Positions 36,579 to 46,900 are shown, counted from the first letter of the stretch. The stretch: DNA of 53,394 bases from a virus (IMGVR_UViG_3300021425_002207:1-53394); one strand, 5' to 3'. Notes: a model not told the origin generated them from the sequence alone. Numbers and translations: made by a program.

Positions 36579-38509
36579 ACGAAGATTCAATCACACTTTT
36601 TGACGACTGGCTACATCAGCAACAAGCAGACGGCGAGGGAAGTTTAGGCAAGGTTACCCTAGTACGTTCTGATGAGCAGTTTGCTGATTTCCGTGACTGG
36701 TTGTTTAGTAAATCACGTCCTATTGCTTACGACATTGAGGCCACAGGTCTTGATACGTATTCTCCTGAGTGGGAGATTAAGAGTATTCAGTGGGGCGATA
36801 TTAGCGAAGCGTTTGTGTTCATTTGGCGTGAGCCTTGGTTTCAGAAGTCTATTGACTTGGTTATGAAAGAAACTAAGCACCGTCTATTAGCACACAACGC
36901 CACATACGATGCGCTCGGCTTGGACCGGCACGGGCACGTAGATGCTCTTGCTCTTCTGGACAGAACTTTTGATACAAAGATTCTTGCCCATCTTGCTGAT
37001 CCCCGAAGCCGTGCCGAGGGTGGTGTAGGTCACGGCCTCAAGAACCTTGCATTTCACCACGTTGATAAATCTGCACCTGACTCTGATAGTGCGCTCAAAG
37101 ATTTGTTTAAGCAGAATAAATGGTCTGTTCAGCAGGGTTGGAAAAACATCCCTGCGGCCCATCCTACGCTGGTGCACTACGCTGGAATGGACGTTATTCT
37201 GACTGCTCGTCTTTTTCCTAAGTTACGTGATGAGATTAAACGTCAGACTATGGATCATCTGGTTAAGTACGAACACACTATTCTGAAACTCGTTGCGGCT
37301 ATGGAACGTCGTGGTATGCGGATTGATGTGAACTATGCTGAGCAACTTATTGAAAGCATGACTGCTGAGGAAAAAAAGAATATTGGTATTGTTAACTCTT
37401 TCGGTGTTTCTAATCATAACGCTACTAAAGATGTTGCTGAAGGATTACAGAAACTTGGTGTGACACTTATCGAAACGACGGCTTCTGGTGCCTTGAAGGT
37501 TGATAAGACAATTTTGTCTGCTATTGCTGCTGACGAGAATGCAGGAAATGCTGGTATGCTCGCTAGAGCGGTGATGGCGGCTAAGAACAATGCTAAGTGG
37601 CGAGACAGTTATGTTGTTGCGTCTCTGGAGTCTATGGACTCTAATGGTCGTGTTCATCCCAAGATTAACAGTTTGCAGGCCCGCACTGGCCGAATGTCTG
37701 TAAACAACCCTCCTTTGCAACAGTTACCTTCAGGTGGCGATGCTATACGTAGAATGTTTTTGGCGGAAGAAGGATGCCGAATGGCATCTATCGACTTCTC
37801 TGGTGTTGAGTTGCGTGTCCTTGCGGCTCTTTCTCAAGACCCCGTTATGTTGAAGGTTTTCCGTGAAGGTGCTGACCTGCACCAAACCACTGCCGACAAC
37901 ACAGGAGTTACCCGAAAAGTAGCCAAGACCGTAAACTTTGGTAAGGTGTACGGTGCTGGGCCTAAAACTTTGGCTAGACAATCTGGTTTGTCGATTGACG
38001 AAGCACAACAGGTGTGCGATCTTTTCGACTCTACATACAAAGGTGTGACCGAGTATTCTCACAAGTTAGCGTTTCCTGTGAAGAAGGGACATAGAAACTA
38101 TGTGATTACGCATACAGGACGCAAGTTACCTGTGGACTCAGAGCGACCGTATGCGGCTCTAAACTATTGCATTCAGTCCACGGCACGTGATATACTTGGC
38201 AAGGCCATGATAGATGTGGCGGAACAAGGACTGTGGGACTATGCGGTTCTACCAATTCATGACGAGATTCTATTCAGTTTCCCTGAGGGACAGGCTGAGG
38301 AGTTGTGCCGACATGCAGGGGTCGCTATGGAGACAGTCCTGAAAGAAGTACATATTTCAACTGAGCCTGACTTGGGTGGCGGCTCTTGGGGAACCCTATA
38401 TACAGACGGCGAGCATGACGTGATCGACCTTACGGACGATGATCGCCAAAAGTACGGGGATGAAAAACTCAAGAGACTGCTTTTCAGCGAGCAGGACTTC
38501 AGATTTTGA
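36572..38509 (+). CDS. polA: Family A DNA polymerase with 3'-5' exonuclease domain
   Basis: Exonuclease motifs YDIEATGL, HNATYD, YAGMDV; RTGRMS..NPPLQQLP; motif A DFSGVELR, motif B RKVAKTVNFGKVYG, motif C IHDEI. Confidence 0.95.
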   Translation: MVNEDSITLFDDWLHQQQADGEGSLGKVTLVRSDEQFADFRDWLFSKSRPIAYDIEATGLDTYSPEWEIKSIQWGDISEAFVFIWREPWFQKSIDLVMKETKHRLLAHNATYDALGLDRHGHVDALALLDRTFDTKILAHLADPRSRAEGGVGHGLKNLAFHHVDKSAPDSDSALKDLFKQNKWSVQQGWKNIPAAHPTLVHYAGMDVILTARLFPKLRDEIKRQTMDHLVKYEHTILKLVAAMERRGMRIDVNYAEQLIESMTAEEKKNIGIVNSFGVSNHNATKDVAEGLQKLGVTLIETTASGALKVDKTILSAIAADENAGNAGMLARAVMAAKNNAKWRDSYVVASLESMDSNGRVHPKINSLQARTGRMSVNNPPLQQLPSGGDAIRRMFLAEEGCRMASIDFSGVELRVLAALSQDPVMLKVFREGADLHQTTADNTGVTRKVAKTVNFGKVYGAGPKTLARQSGLSIDEAQQVCDLFDSTYKGVTEYSHKLAFPVKKGHRNYVITHTGRKLPVDSERPYAALNYCIQSTARDILGKAMIDVAEQGLWDYAVLPIHDEILFSFPEGQAEELCRHAGVAMETVLKEVHISTEPDLGGGSWGTLYTDGEHDVIDLTDDDRQKYGDEKLKRLLFSEQDFRF

Positions 38510-38530
38510 GCAAAGATTAGGAGCAAAAAG

Positions 38531-38749
38531 ATGAACTTATTTACAAAAGTTTGGAATTACTTGCAAGACTTGAATGTTTACAACGGGAAGAACCGTGGAG
38601 AGACGATTGATGAGGATGTTATGGCTATCAATCGGCGTCCAACGGAACGATCTTCAGTATATACCCCCAAAACGGGCGTATATGACTGGGAGAGGGAAGA
38701 AGCCAAGTTAAGGCATCCCTCAAACTACAAGAATAGGAGCAACAAATAA
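38531..38749 (+). CDS. Hypothetical protein (72 aa)
   Basis: AGGAG RBS; stop codon overlaps the start of the sigma gene. Confidence 0.65.
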   Translation: MNLFTKVWNYLQDLNVYNGKNRGETIDEDVMAINRRPTERSSVYTPKTGVYDWEREEAKLRHPSNYKNRSNK

Positions 38750-39675
38750 TGGCAGGATACGCTAGAAGTTCAAAGCATAAAATTCTTACCCGAGAAGAGG
38801 AAGTGGTTCTTGGTCGGGCGGTTGCGGCTGGTTTGGAAGCAGCGAAAGAACTTAACCACGCCCACATTGAGGGTATTCAGTTAGAGTTTTCTGAACGACG
38901 TAAACTCAATATTGCTGTAAGAGAAGGCAAGCGGGCGAAAGACACTTTCGTTGAGCACAACCTTCGTCTAGCAATGGACACGGCGGCACGATATGCCCGC
39001 TCTCAGTCTCGCATGGAGTACGAAGACTTGATTCAAGAAGCGACTATCGGACTTATGCGTGCGGTGGACAAGTTCGACCCCGAGCGGGGTTTCAAGTTTT
39101 CTACGTATGCTACTTGGTGGTGCCGTCAGGCTTGCCAGAGGGCTATCGCCAATTATGGTAGAGCGATCCGTCTACCCATGCATGTGGAGGCCGATGTTCG
39201 TAAACTTGCGGCTGTTGTGGAAGAGTTTGAGTTGGTCGCTGAAGAGTTTTCTCGTGAGTTCCTTGCTGATTTCTTAGACTGGGACATGGATAAATTAGAT
39301 GAAATTTGGTCTTATATGGAGAATACACGGCTAGAATCACTAGACAATCCTTTGGGTGAAGACAGTTCAGTTTCGCACGCAGACGTGCTAGTTGACCCCG
39401 ATCAGTCATCAGTGGAAGATGTTGGTATTGAAAATAGTTTTGCGGCTGACATTTTGAAGGCTCTTTCGGTGCTTCCTGAGCGGGAGTATCGGGTTTTGGT
39501 GATGCACCACGGTCTCGGTGAGCAGAAGTCTGCTATGACTTTGCAAGAGATTGGTGAGACTATGGGGTTGACTCGTGAGCGTGTTCGCCAGTTGGAGGCT
39601 AAGGCTATTGCTCGTCTTCGGCATCCTTCTTCTGGGGTTGCGTGGGCGTTCACTGAGGCTCCTGAAGATAACTAA
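38749..39675 (+). CDS. Phage-encoded sigma70-family factor (RpoD-like, no region 1.1)
   Basis: LTREEEV.L, NLRL, DLIQEATIGLMRAVDKFDPERGFKFSTYATWW, IRLPMH, SLD.P and TLQEIG..MGLTRERVRQLE. Confidence 0.95.
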   Translation: MAGYARSSKHKILTREEEVVLGRAVAAGLEAAKELNHAHIEGIQLEFSERRKLNIAVREGKRAKDTFVEHNLRLAMDTAARYARSQSRMEYEDLIQEATIGLMRAVDKFDPERGFKFSTYATWWCRQACQRAIANYGRAIRLPMHVEADVRKLAAVVEEFELVAEEFSREFLADFLDWDMDKLDEIWSYMENTRLESLDNPLGEDSSVSHADVLVDPDQSSVEDVGIENSFAADILKALSVLPEREYRVLVMHHGLGEQKSAMTLQEIGETMGLTRERVRQLEAKAIARLRHPSSGVAWAFTEAPEDN

Positions 39676-40148
39676 CACTTACCTTTGTTCTTGCCCCGGT
39701 AGGTATCAGTTTGAGCGTGGCAGTTTGGACACAGGATAGTTAGGTTTTCTAGCCGATTGTCCGTATTGACACCGTTGATGTGTTCTAACTCGGTAGGGAT
39801 TGGCTGTCCGTTCCATTCTGTCCGCTCACACTGATAACACTTCTGCTGAAACACTCCTTCATTAAAAAGACGCTTCTTCAGGCTATGGGAAGTCTTGTAT
39901 GTGGAGTTTTCGACTAATACTTCTTCCAGTGGCCGTTTCGGTGCCCATGTGTGGGTTTTACCTTTAAGGTGCCCTTGTCCTGTGAAGTGCCCAATATCAA
40001 TACCAAACGACTTGATATGGCTCTTGATGTTTTTGTAGTTACCGCCAGTAGGTTGCAGGTTGAGTTCTTTAAGTACACTACGGATAGACATGCTACATTC
40101 GCAAGCATCCCGTAACTGCTCTTCCGTCCAAGTTCTAATTTTTGCCAC
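39672..40148 (-). CDS. HNH endonuclease (free-standing, homing-type)
   Basis: CYQC..W, ELEHINGVNTDNRLENLTILCPNCHAQT; RBS AAGGAGAA on the minus strand; the only credible minus-strand gene. Confidence 0.92.
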   Translation of the reverse strand: MAKIRTWTEEQLRDACECSMSIRSVLKELNLQPTGGNYKNIKSHIKSFGIDIGHFTGQGHLKGKTHTWAPKRPLEEVLVENSTYKTSHSLKKRLFNEGVFQQKCYQCERTEWNGQPIPTELEHINGVNTDNRLENLTILCPNCHAQTDTYRGKNKGKC

Positions 40149-40157
40149 CGCTTCTCC

Positions 40158-40187
40158 TTGACTTTGTTTAGGGACCTATGTTATACT
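40158..40187 (+). promoter_or_regulatory. Promoter for the tRNA and denV-like gene
   Basis: TTGACT-18-TATACT with a TG extension. Confidence 0.65.
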
Positions 40188-40221
40188 CTAGCAAACGGCA
40201 AACACATTACCCGCAACTCTC

Positions 40222-40295
40222 GCCCCCGTATTCCAATTGGCAGAGAAAGTCGGCTTAAAACCGATACAGTGTGGGTTCAAGTCCCACCGGGGGTA
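40222..40295 (+). tRNA. tRNA-Leu(UAA), short variable arm, CCA not encoded
   Basis: Acceptor GCCCCCG/CGGGGGT, D-loop TGGCAGA, anticodon arm GTCGG-CTTAAAA-CCGAT, T-arm GTGGG-TTCAAGT-CCCAC, discriminator A. Confidence 0.92.
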
Positions 40296-40310
40296 CTAGA
40301 AAGGAGCATT

Positions 40311-40829
40311 ATGAATATTTTTGTAGTAGATGAAAGTCCGTCTGAAGCGGCTGAGGCACTGTGCGATAAGCATGTACCTAAGATGATTGTTGAGACCACG
40401 CAGATGCTTGTTAGCGCCCTTAGGCGGCACGGAGCGAGCGATGAGCAAGTTCCACTTACTAAGTCTGGGACGCCCCACAAGGGTGGCTACAAGAACCATC
40501 CTGCTACGGTTTGGGTAGGTGATAGCCGAAGTAACGCTGAATGGTTGCTTGAGCATGGCTTTGCTTTGTGTGATGAGTTTGAATTTCGTTTCAATAAAGA
40601 GCACGCTTGTCTACAGCAACTAGAGAAAATTAGTCTAGAACTTGATTTAATCCCAGCGGGGGAAATGACCGACGTGGCGTTGTGTGTTGGGGAAGAATTG
40701 CAGAATGGTCGAACTCATGCCCCTATTCAAGAAGCAGTTGACGTGTACAGGAATTTCTATAGAATAGATAAGGCTGATTTCGCTAAATGGGAAAAAGGTT
40801 CAAATGTTCCTGTTTGGTGGGTTCAGTAG
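40311..40829 (+). CDS. Pyrimidine-dimer DNA glycosylase/endonuclease V-like protein
   Basis: MNIF..D..P...A..LCDKHV.KM..E..QML, NHP.TVW, L..EF..RF.K.H and YR.FY..DK..FAKW; RBS GAAAGGAG before ATG 40311. Confidence 0.85.
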   Translation: MNIFVVDESPSEAAEALCDKHVPKMIVETTQMLVSALRRHGASDEQVPLTKSGTPHKGGYKNHPATVWVGDSRSNAEWLLEHGFALCDEFEFRFNKEHACLQQLEKISLELDLIPAGEMTDVALCVGEELQNGRTHAPIQEAVDVYRNFYRIDKADFAKWEKGSNVPVWWVQ

Positions 40830-40864
40830 TTGACACATATCTTTAAGAAAGGTAAACTATAATC

Positions 40865-41011
40865 ATGGCTGATATCAATGTTAATCCACAAGACGTAATC
40901 AATGATTTGCTCCGTCAGATCACTGATCTTACAGGACAGAATGCTGTTCTTCGTGCTGCTTTGAATGCGGCGCAAGCGGAGACCGCCGAGTCTGATGAAG
41001 AGGACTCCTGA
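40865..41011 (+). CDS. Unannotated 48-aa coiled-coil peptide, leaderless
   Basis: TTGACA (40830)-17-TAAACT ends 6 nt before the ATG; MADINVNPQDVINDLLRQITDLTGQNAVLRAALNAAQAETAESDEEDS. Confidence 0.7.
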   Translation: MADINVNPQDVINDLLRQITDLTGQNAVLRAALNAAQAETAESDEEDS

Positions 41012-41042
41012 TTCGATATAATATCGTAGAGGAGGTCAGACT

Positions 41043-41387
41043 ATGAGTGCTGGAGCATACGACATAACTTGTGAACAGGGCGCTACGTTTAGTAGAACTC
41101 TTACTGTTAAAGATAGTAACGGTGATGCCCGAGACTTAAGCGACTATACTGCTAGAATGCAAGTACGGAGAACTACTTCTTCCTCCACGACACTTGTAGA
41201 GTTGACTACCGAAAACGGTAAAATTTCTTTAAACTCTAATGGTGAAATTTCTTTGTCACTGTCTGCCACCGAAACAGCGGCCTTGACTGATGAAGGGGTG
41301 TACGACTTGGAGATTGAGGACTCTTCTGGTAACGTAGAACGTGTAGTAGAGGGATCATTCAATCTTGATTTAGAGGTGACTCGTTAA
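41043..41387 (+). CDS. Small beta-sandwich virion/fibre adaptor protein
   Basis: YDI..EQGATF..TL, ARMQVR, L.LSA.ET.AL, GVYDLE...G.V.R.VEG; GAGGAGG RBS; paralog of 50185-50526. Confidence 0.75.
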   Translation: MSAGAYDITCEQGATFSRTLTVKDSNGDARDLSDYTARMQVRRTTSSSTTLVELTTENGKISLNSNGEISLSLSATETAALTDEGVYDLEIEDSSGNVERVVEGSFNLDLEVTR

Positions 41388-41590
41388 TGTTTAACTACGA
41401 TGATGGTTTGCTGGCTGGCAAAATTTGGCAGAAGTACATTGCTGCCGTAGAAGAGAATGTCCGGCTAGAGGCTCAACTAGAAGTTGCGAAAGTAACAGTC
41501 GTCCGCTTGCAAGAAGTTCTTGATCTGAAAGAAGGTGCAAACGAAGACAATAATTACCTTCTGAATGACGATCTAGATTCTGATGATTAA
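41387..41590 (+). CDS. Hypothetical coiled-coil protein (67 aa)
   Basis: TAATG coupling with the upstream gene. Confidence 0.6.
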   Translation: MFNYDDGLLAGKIWQKYIAAVEENVRLEAQLEVAKVTVVRLQEVLDLKEGANEDNNYLLNDDLDSDD

Positions 41591-41912
41591 AGAACTACAG
41601 TGGAACGTTGACGGACATCGCCTCATCTTAACTGTAAACAAGAGCGAAGTCACTGTTATTCCAAATATTTGTCCCCACGGCAATACCCCTGACTCTCCTT
41701 GCTATCATGCAGGGATTGAGTCATGCTTGGTTAACTACTTTGTCCACAACTACGGGCTAGAGACAAACCATGGTACAGTTCGGGCTGATGAAAACATTGA
41801 GATAGCGTGGGCGATGTCAGGTAGCCCTTGGGATATTGATTTGGTTGAGTTCCACATGATGCCTGTGGAGGATGCTCGTTTTGCAGATTGGTTGGCTTCT
41901 GTCTCTGAGTAG
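41583..41912 (+). CDS. Hypothetical Cys/His-containing protein
   Basis: CPH...CYH...C cluster; overlaps the upstream stop. Confidence 0.65.
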   Translation: MIKELQWNVDGHRLILTVNKSEVTVIPNICPHGNTPDSPCYHAGIESCLVNYFVHNYGLETNHGTVRADENIEIAWAMSGSPWDIDLVEFHMMPVEDARFADWLASVSE

Positions 41913-41972
41913 TTGATAGGTCGCCCATATTTTCGGTAGAATGTATATGAGGACTTTTTTTCGGAGGCTACT

Positions 41973-42272
41973 GTGTCAGAATTTGTACTTTCATATCCAT
42001 TGAGTTTGGATTTCAACAGGTTTAGTACTGTTCGTCTAGATTCGGATACATACAAAGCACAACAGATCAAGGCGTTTCTTCGTACCGAGAAGAATGAACG
42101 ACCGCTTGTTCCTGACTTTGGTATGAACGAGCCGACTTTCAACACGTTTGACAGTGGTGAGTTTTTCGATGCATTCCTCAACTTTTATTCCAGCCAGACT
42201 TTAGAAATTTCTGAAGTAAAGGTGTTAGAAACTTCAGGCGTAGTGTCTGACGTACAGATTAGTTTTAAGTGA
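41973..42272 (+). CDS. Baseplate wedge protein (gp25/GpW-like)
   Basis: LRT..NERPLVPDFG motif; precedes the baseplate J gene. Confidence 0.8.
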   Translation: MSEFVLSYPLSLDFNRFSTVRLDSDTYKAQQIKAFLRTEKNERPLVPDFGMNEPTFNTFDSGEFFDAFLNFYSSQTLEISEVKVLETSGVVSDVQISFK

Positions 42273-42279
42273 GGGTATC

Positions 42280-43911
42280 GTGGCTAATTCACCCGATTTA
42301 AAAAAGTATGTTGATTTAACTGTTTACGACGAGGACCCCGTTCAGTTGATGAACGAAATTTTGGGTGCGGCTCGTGGCCTGTTGCCTAACTGGCGTCCTG
42401 AGGCTGGTCAGATCGAAACTGTTCTTTCAGAGGCGTTCGCTATTCGTTCTGCTAGTTTGGCTAACTCTATCAACCGTGTTCCTGCTGCGACTACTGAAGT
42501 TTTGTTGCAGTTGTTTGGATTGACCCGCAGTGACGGTACCAAGGCTACTGCTACTTTGACTATTACGTTTACGGATTCGGATTCGTTTGAGCGTACTCTT
42601 GATGCTGGAACAGAGTTCTTGTTTGTTGATGCCGTGACTGGTATTTCGTATTCGTTTGCTTTGGATTCTGCGTTTACTTTGAATGGTCCGCTTTCCGGCA
42701 CGGCGGCTGTTACTGCTGTCGATGTTGGTAGTGCCTACAATGTTGCGGCGTCCGGTAAAAATCTGACTTTGATTTCTGCTAATGCCACGTTCTTTGAATC
42801 GGCTGTGTTTAGTACTAACGCTTCTGGTGGTACGGATGCTGAGACGGACGATGAATATTTTGACCGTGGCGTGAATCTTTTAGCGAGTTATACTTCAGCG
42901 GCTACAACTGCGACGCAAATCAAGTACTATGTTGGGGCTAACAAATCTTACGCTAAGCGAGTTGAGGTTTTTAACCGGCGTAGGTATCGTGACCGTGACA
43001 CTACTGCGGATGATTACGGTACGCATGATGGGGCTGTTCTGGTTGCGATTGCTTCCACGGTGAGTAACCCTGCTTCGGCGGCTGCTGAAGTTGTTGTGAC
43101 TTCATCTAATCTTGCCGATTTGCATTCTTCTTTAGCAGATCGGACTCCTTCTGGTCTGATTGTTGACGTTATGTCTGCCGAGTTGGCAGAGATTGATGTG
43201 ACTGCTTCCGTTGTGAAGAAGAGTGGGTTCGCTGGCTCAGATGTGAACACTGCTATTCAGACGGCTTTGAAGGCGTACTTGAATGCAAACACTTGGAACT
43301 GGTCAACTAACACGGTCCGACGCAATGAAGTCATTGCTTTGATTGACAGTGTTGACGGAGTTGATTATGTTGCGTCTTTGACTATGGATGCATCAACTCT
43401 TGTGGGTAGTAACAACGTGGGGCATTATACTTCTGCGGGCGGTTCTAAGACTACTGTCAATTTGGACATTACTGGCGTTTCGCCTGATGATGCGTCTACT
43501 GTTCGTGGTTCTGGCGGCTCCGATTACGCTGCCGGGGAACTAAGTTTCTATTATGTAGACGCTGCTGAGTCCGTTCCGGTTATCTACGAGTTCACCAACA
43601 CTAGTGCGGTCACGATCAGTTCTGGGGCTGCAACTAACGTGGCTTTTGAGGCTGTCGCTAACGGTGTTAACTACAATGATACAAGCAACAGCGGTCAAGT
43701 TGATCCAACGGCCACCTACCCCGGAACCGGCACGCTTGCAACAACTTTGGGGAGCGCCACCAAGAATTCAGGTAGTTCTTTCACGGGAGGAAGCAACGAT
43801 TCCAACACCTTTACCGCCCTCAACGGAACAGGTGCCGTATCCGACGATATTGTTTTGCGGAATCTCGGTACTTTGGTGACTTACGGTACGTTGAATATTA
43901 CAGTGACTTAA
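42280..43911 (+). CDS. Baseplate J-like protein
   Basis: L.LFGL.R..GTKAT..LT, A...GSAYNV, ASGGTDAETDDEY..R and I.SVDGVDYV. Confidence 0.88.
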   Translation: MANSPDLKKYVDLTVYDEDPVQLMNEILGAARGLLPNWRPEAGQIETVLSEAFAIRSASLANSINRVPAATTEVLLQLFGLTRSDGTKATATLTITFTDSDSFERTLDAGTEFLFVDAVTGISYSFALDSAFTLNGPLSGTAAVTAVDVGSAYNVAASGKNLTLISANATFFESAVFSTNASGGTDAETDDEYFDRGVNLLASYTSAATTATQIKYYVGANKSYAKRVEVFNRRRYRDRDTTADDYGTHDGAVLVAIASTVSNPASAAAEVVVTSSNLADLHSSLADRTPSGLIVDVMSAELAEIDVTASVVKKSGFAGSDVNTAIQTALKAYLNANTWNWSTNTVRRNEVIALIDSVDGVDYVASLTMDASTLVGSNNVGHYTSAGGSKTTVNLDITGVSPDDASTVRGSGGSDYAAGELSFYYVDAAESVPVIYEFTNTSAVTISSGAATNVAFEAVANGVNYNDTSNSGQVDPTATYPGTGTLATTLGSATKNSGSSFTGGSNDSNTFTALNGTGAVSDDIVLRNLGTLVTYGTLNITVT

Positions 43912-43926
43912 GGCTTAGGTTGAGTT

Positions 43927-46900
43927 ATGTCGCACAAAAATTTTAACATTTTTTCTAACGAACAATCACTGTTTGGTTCTGGTAATACCTATGCAGGTTG
44001 GGAAGTTACTTCTTCAAATGGCCAGTTGTTCCGAATTAACGAAAAAGGCTTCTACCCTACCTACGTTCCCGGTGACCGACCGGGATATTCTTTTATCAAG
44101 AACACCCTTCTCGTATACTCTGCCGGGACCGACGACGTTGTAGTCAAGTCGCCGTGGATTTCCGCAAAGTCTGCGTATAGTTACATGGCTAGCATGTACA
44201 TGTCGGTAGAAGATACGTCGGCTACAGTGACATTGGATTTAGAAGTAAGTACAACTTCTTCAGGAACAGGCGACACGTACTCGTCTAATTCTTCGTTGCG
44301 TCAACCCACGACGGCGGACTTAGTGGATGGCGACAGTGTAATGATGTTTCAGTCGTTCAACACGTTGTCTAACACTTCGTTTGTGCGTATGGTTATCACG
44401 TTTGGGGGTCAGGGTTCCGATCCTTTGACGAGTCAGTCTGGCCTGTTTTTGTATGACCCTGTAATTTCGGAAGATAACATCACAGATTCTGCAACTTTTG
44501 CGAATGTTATGTATAACTTGCTGCCGTCGTTTATGCTTTTAGACGATCAGAACATTACAGATTTTTCGGAAACTCAGCCCAGTATTCTTCCGTTACCGCT
44601 GCTTCGCTTTGTTGAAGTTTTGACACGACCAGCATCAGAGATTGCTGATATAACTATCGACTTTGATTACATTCGCCCGACAGCCGGTACGGAGAGTAAA
44701 TCTAAGTTGACCGACCCTGATACTGCTGCGGCAGGTAGCCTTCTGTGGTTGGCAAACGTGACCGGCTCAACCTTGCTGACTGCTGCTTCTGGTTTCACCC
44801 CGTGGGCTGCGTTCGACGGGTACGACTGGGATGACTTCGACTTGATTGACGGTGTTGATGACGATTCGGTTGAGTGGATTGACCTTCAAAGTTTCTCGGA
44901 AGACTTTTTCGATACTGTTCAGGGTTATCGTGACCAGATCAGGACAGGGTTCTCTGGTTTGAATGCTGGACGGCGAGACGCTATTGTGAATTATCTGCGT
45001 ACTCAACTCCAGACGGATTCACCAACGACTGCTGTTCTGACTGTTATGACTAGCGACAAGGACAGCCCGTACAGGGTTGAGTTGCTGGTCGATCCTAACG
45101 TTGACCCTGATGCTTCTGGTACACAGTTGTCTGACGCTGTAAACAACAGCATGGTTGTTGGCGGTATCACAACAAAGGTGAGCCAAGTCACCGAGTCGGC
45201 ACAGGGCGGTTACGATTTCACAACTGCTGTCTACCCTGCAACTGAATCAGATGCTGGTTCTGGTGGCGTCACTTACTATGGTAAGAGTTTTATTTCCGAT
45301 GTTGAAGGATATGGGCGTAACATTCTTTTGAATGAAAACTCCGCTTCAGCAACGGTGCCTGAACTTGGCGGTGGCGTGGGCCATGCCCATTTCACTACAG
45401 GTTCACAATACTTCTACGGCGATCTAACGTCTTCAACCTACGGAAGCCTGCTTACTGCTTCTTCTAGTTCTTGTGATTTGGGTGCGTCTACTACAGGTTT
45501 TGATATTATTGCTGTAGTTTCTGATCTGAAGGCACCCACGGCTGCGGTTGATACTGCTGGGGATGGTGGCGCTACTCCAGCGGATTGGCTTTTCCGTGAG
45601 AAGCGTCTACTTGTTTCCGGGCATGATTCTGGTGGCTCCGATAACGACTGGGCAATTTATGTTGTTTCAGGACTGACTGCCGGGAGCGACAATGATGCAC
45701 GTTTGTTGTTCGTTGAAGGTTATAACGTTCAGAATTCGACGAACTATGCCTATTCTACTCCTATTGATTTTTCTGAACTAAATCATGGCGGCGAATTTGT
45801 GCTTAGAGTTTCCCGGTCTGCGCTAGACGGCGGCGATGCCACTGTTTCGTTCTATGCTCAGAGAAGCCTTTACGACGACTGGGCTACTAACGCTTTAGGC
45901 TCTGGCACGATCACGCCTGATACGGCGGCTGCTGGGGCCGATGCACAAGTTCAGGTTCTAGGTGAAATAACTGGTTCAGGTGGTGGAGATTGGGCTGATG
46001 CTGGTCCTGCCTCTTGTGCTGTGAGCCGAGTGATGGTTTTCTCTTCTCCCATTTCGTTTGGTGGAGATTCGGACACTTCGGCGTCTGCTCATGCCTACGT
46101 GGATGGTGGGGCAACATCAAACTTTGGATACTACACGTATTCCCCAACGGTCGATATTGACTTGAGCGGTGTTAGCGTCTACAGTGCTTCATTCAACTCT
46201 GTTATTGACGGCATCACGAACCTTACGACTACTGTTAATGAGGCAAGTTCAAACGATTTGGATATTTTGGCGATGCGGAGAATCGGCGGCACAACAAACT
46301 TTTGGTACTACGGTCATGCTGCTAGTGGTGGCGATACTTTAAGTATTGATGGGTTGACGGCTTCTACCAGTCACGATGTTAAAGTCACCGTGTACACTGT
46401 TGCGGATGGTACTGAAACTGAATATTCTCATGCAGTGAGTACAGACGGGTCCGGTGTTCTTACGATTGACGCCCAAGACACATATACTGGTTCTACAACT
46501 TATGCTGGCTCTTCGATTAAGCAAATTAGCGTGGAAGAGAGTGCTACCGAGGTGGCGAAGTTCTTACCTACCACGATTGCTGTGGGCGACACGACTGGTG
46601 CCGACTCAGTTGATTCAAATAACACGTGGACTCTGACTCGGACGTTCCCTGCTTCGTCTGTTGCTTACGCTCCTAGCCAGTTGGTCAACAAAGATTCAAT
46701 TCATGTTTTTGAAGGCTCGCCTAAGATTCACCGCCCCATCAAGTTTGAAACGCACATGCCGTTCTCTGTAGCCATGCAGATTAGAAGGTTCTGGGACTCC
46801 GGCACTTACGACATTTTTAAGTTGCACACATCGGACAGCGATGGTTTAACAATTTATTTTGAAGACGACTATCTGAAGGCAAGTTTTACCCAAGGTTCTG

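Noticed and set aside
12140-38509. Inteins or introns in RNR or PolA
   Set aside because: Both have normal lengths and contiguous motifs, with no intein splice-junction or LAGLIDADG signatures seen.
40158-40310. N-terminal extension of the 223-aa ORF from TTG 40158
   Set aside because: The region is a promoter plus the tRNA-Leu gene. The real start is ATG 40311, which has an SD and the family-typical MNIF.
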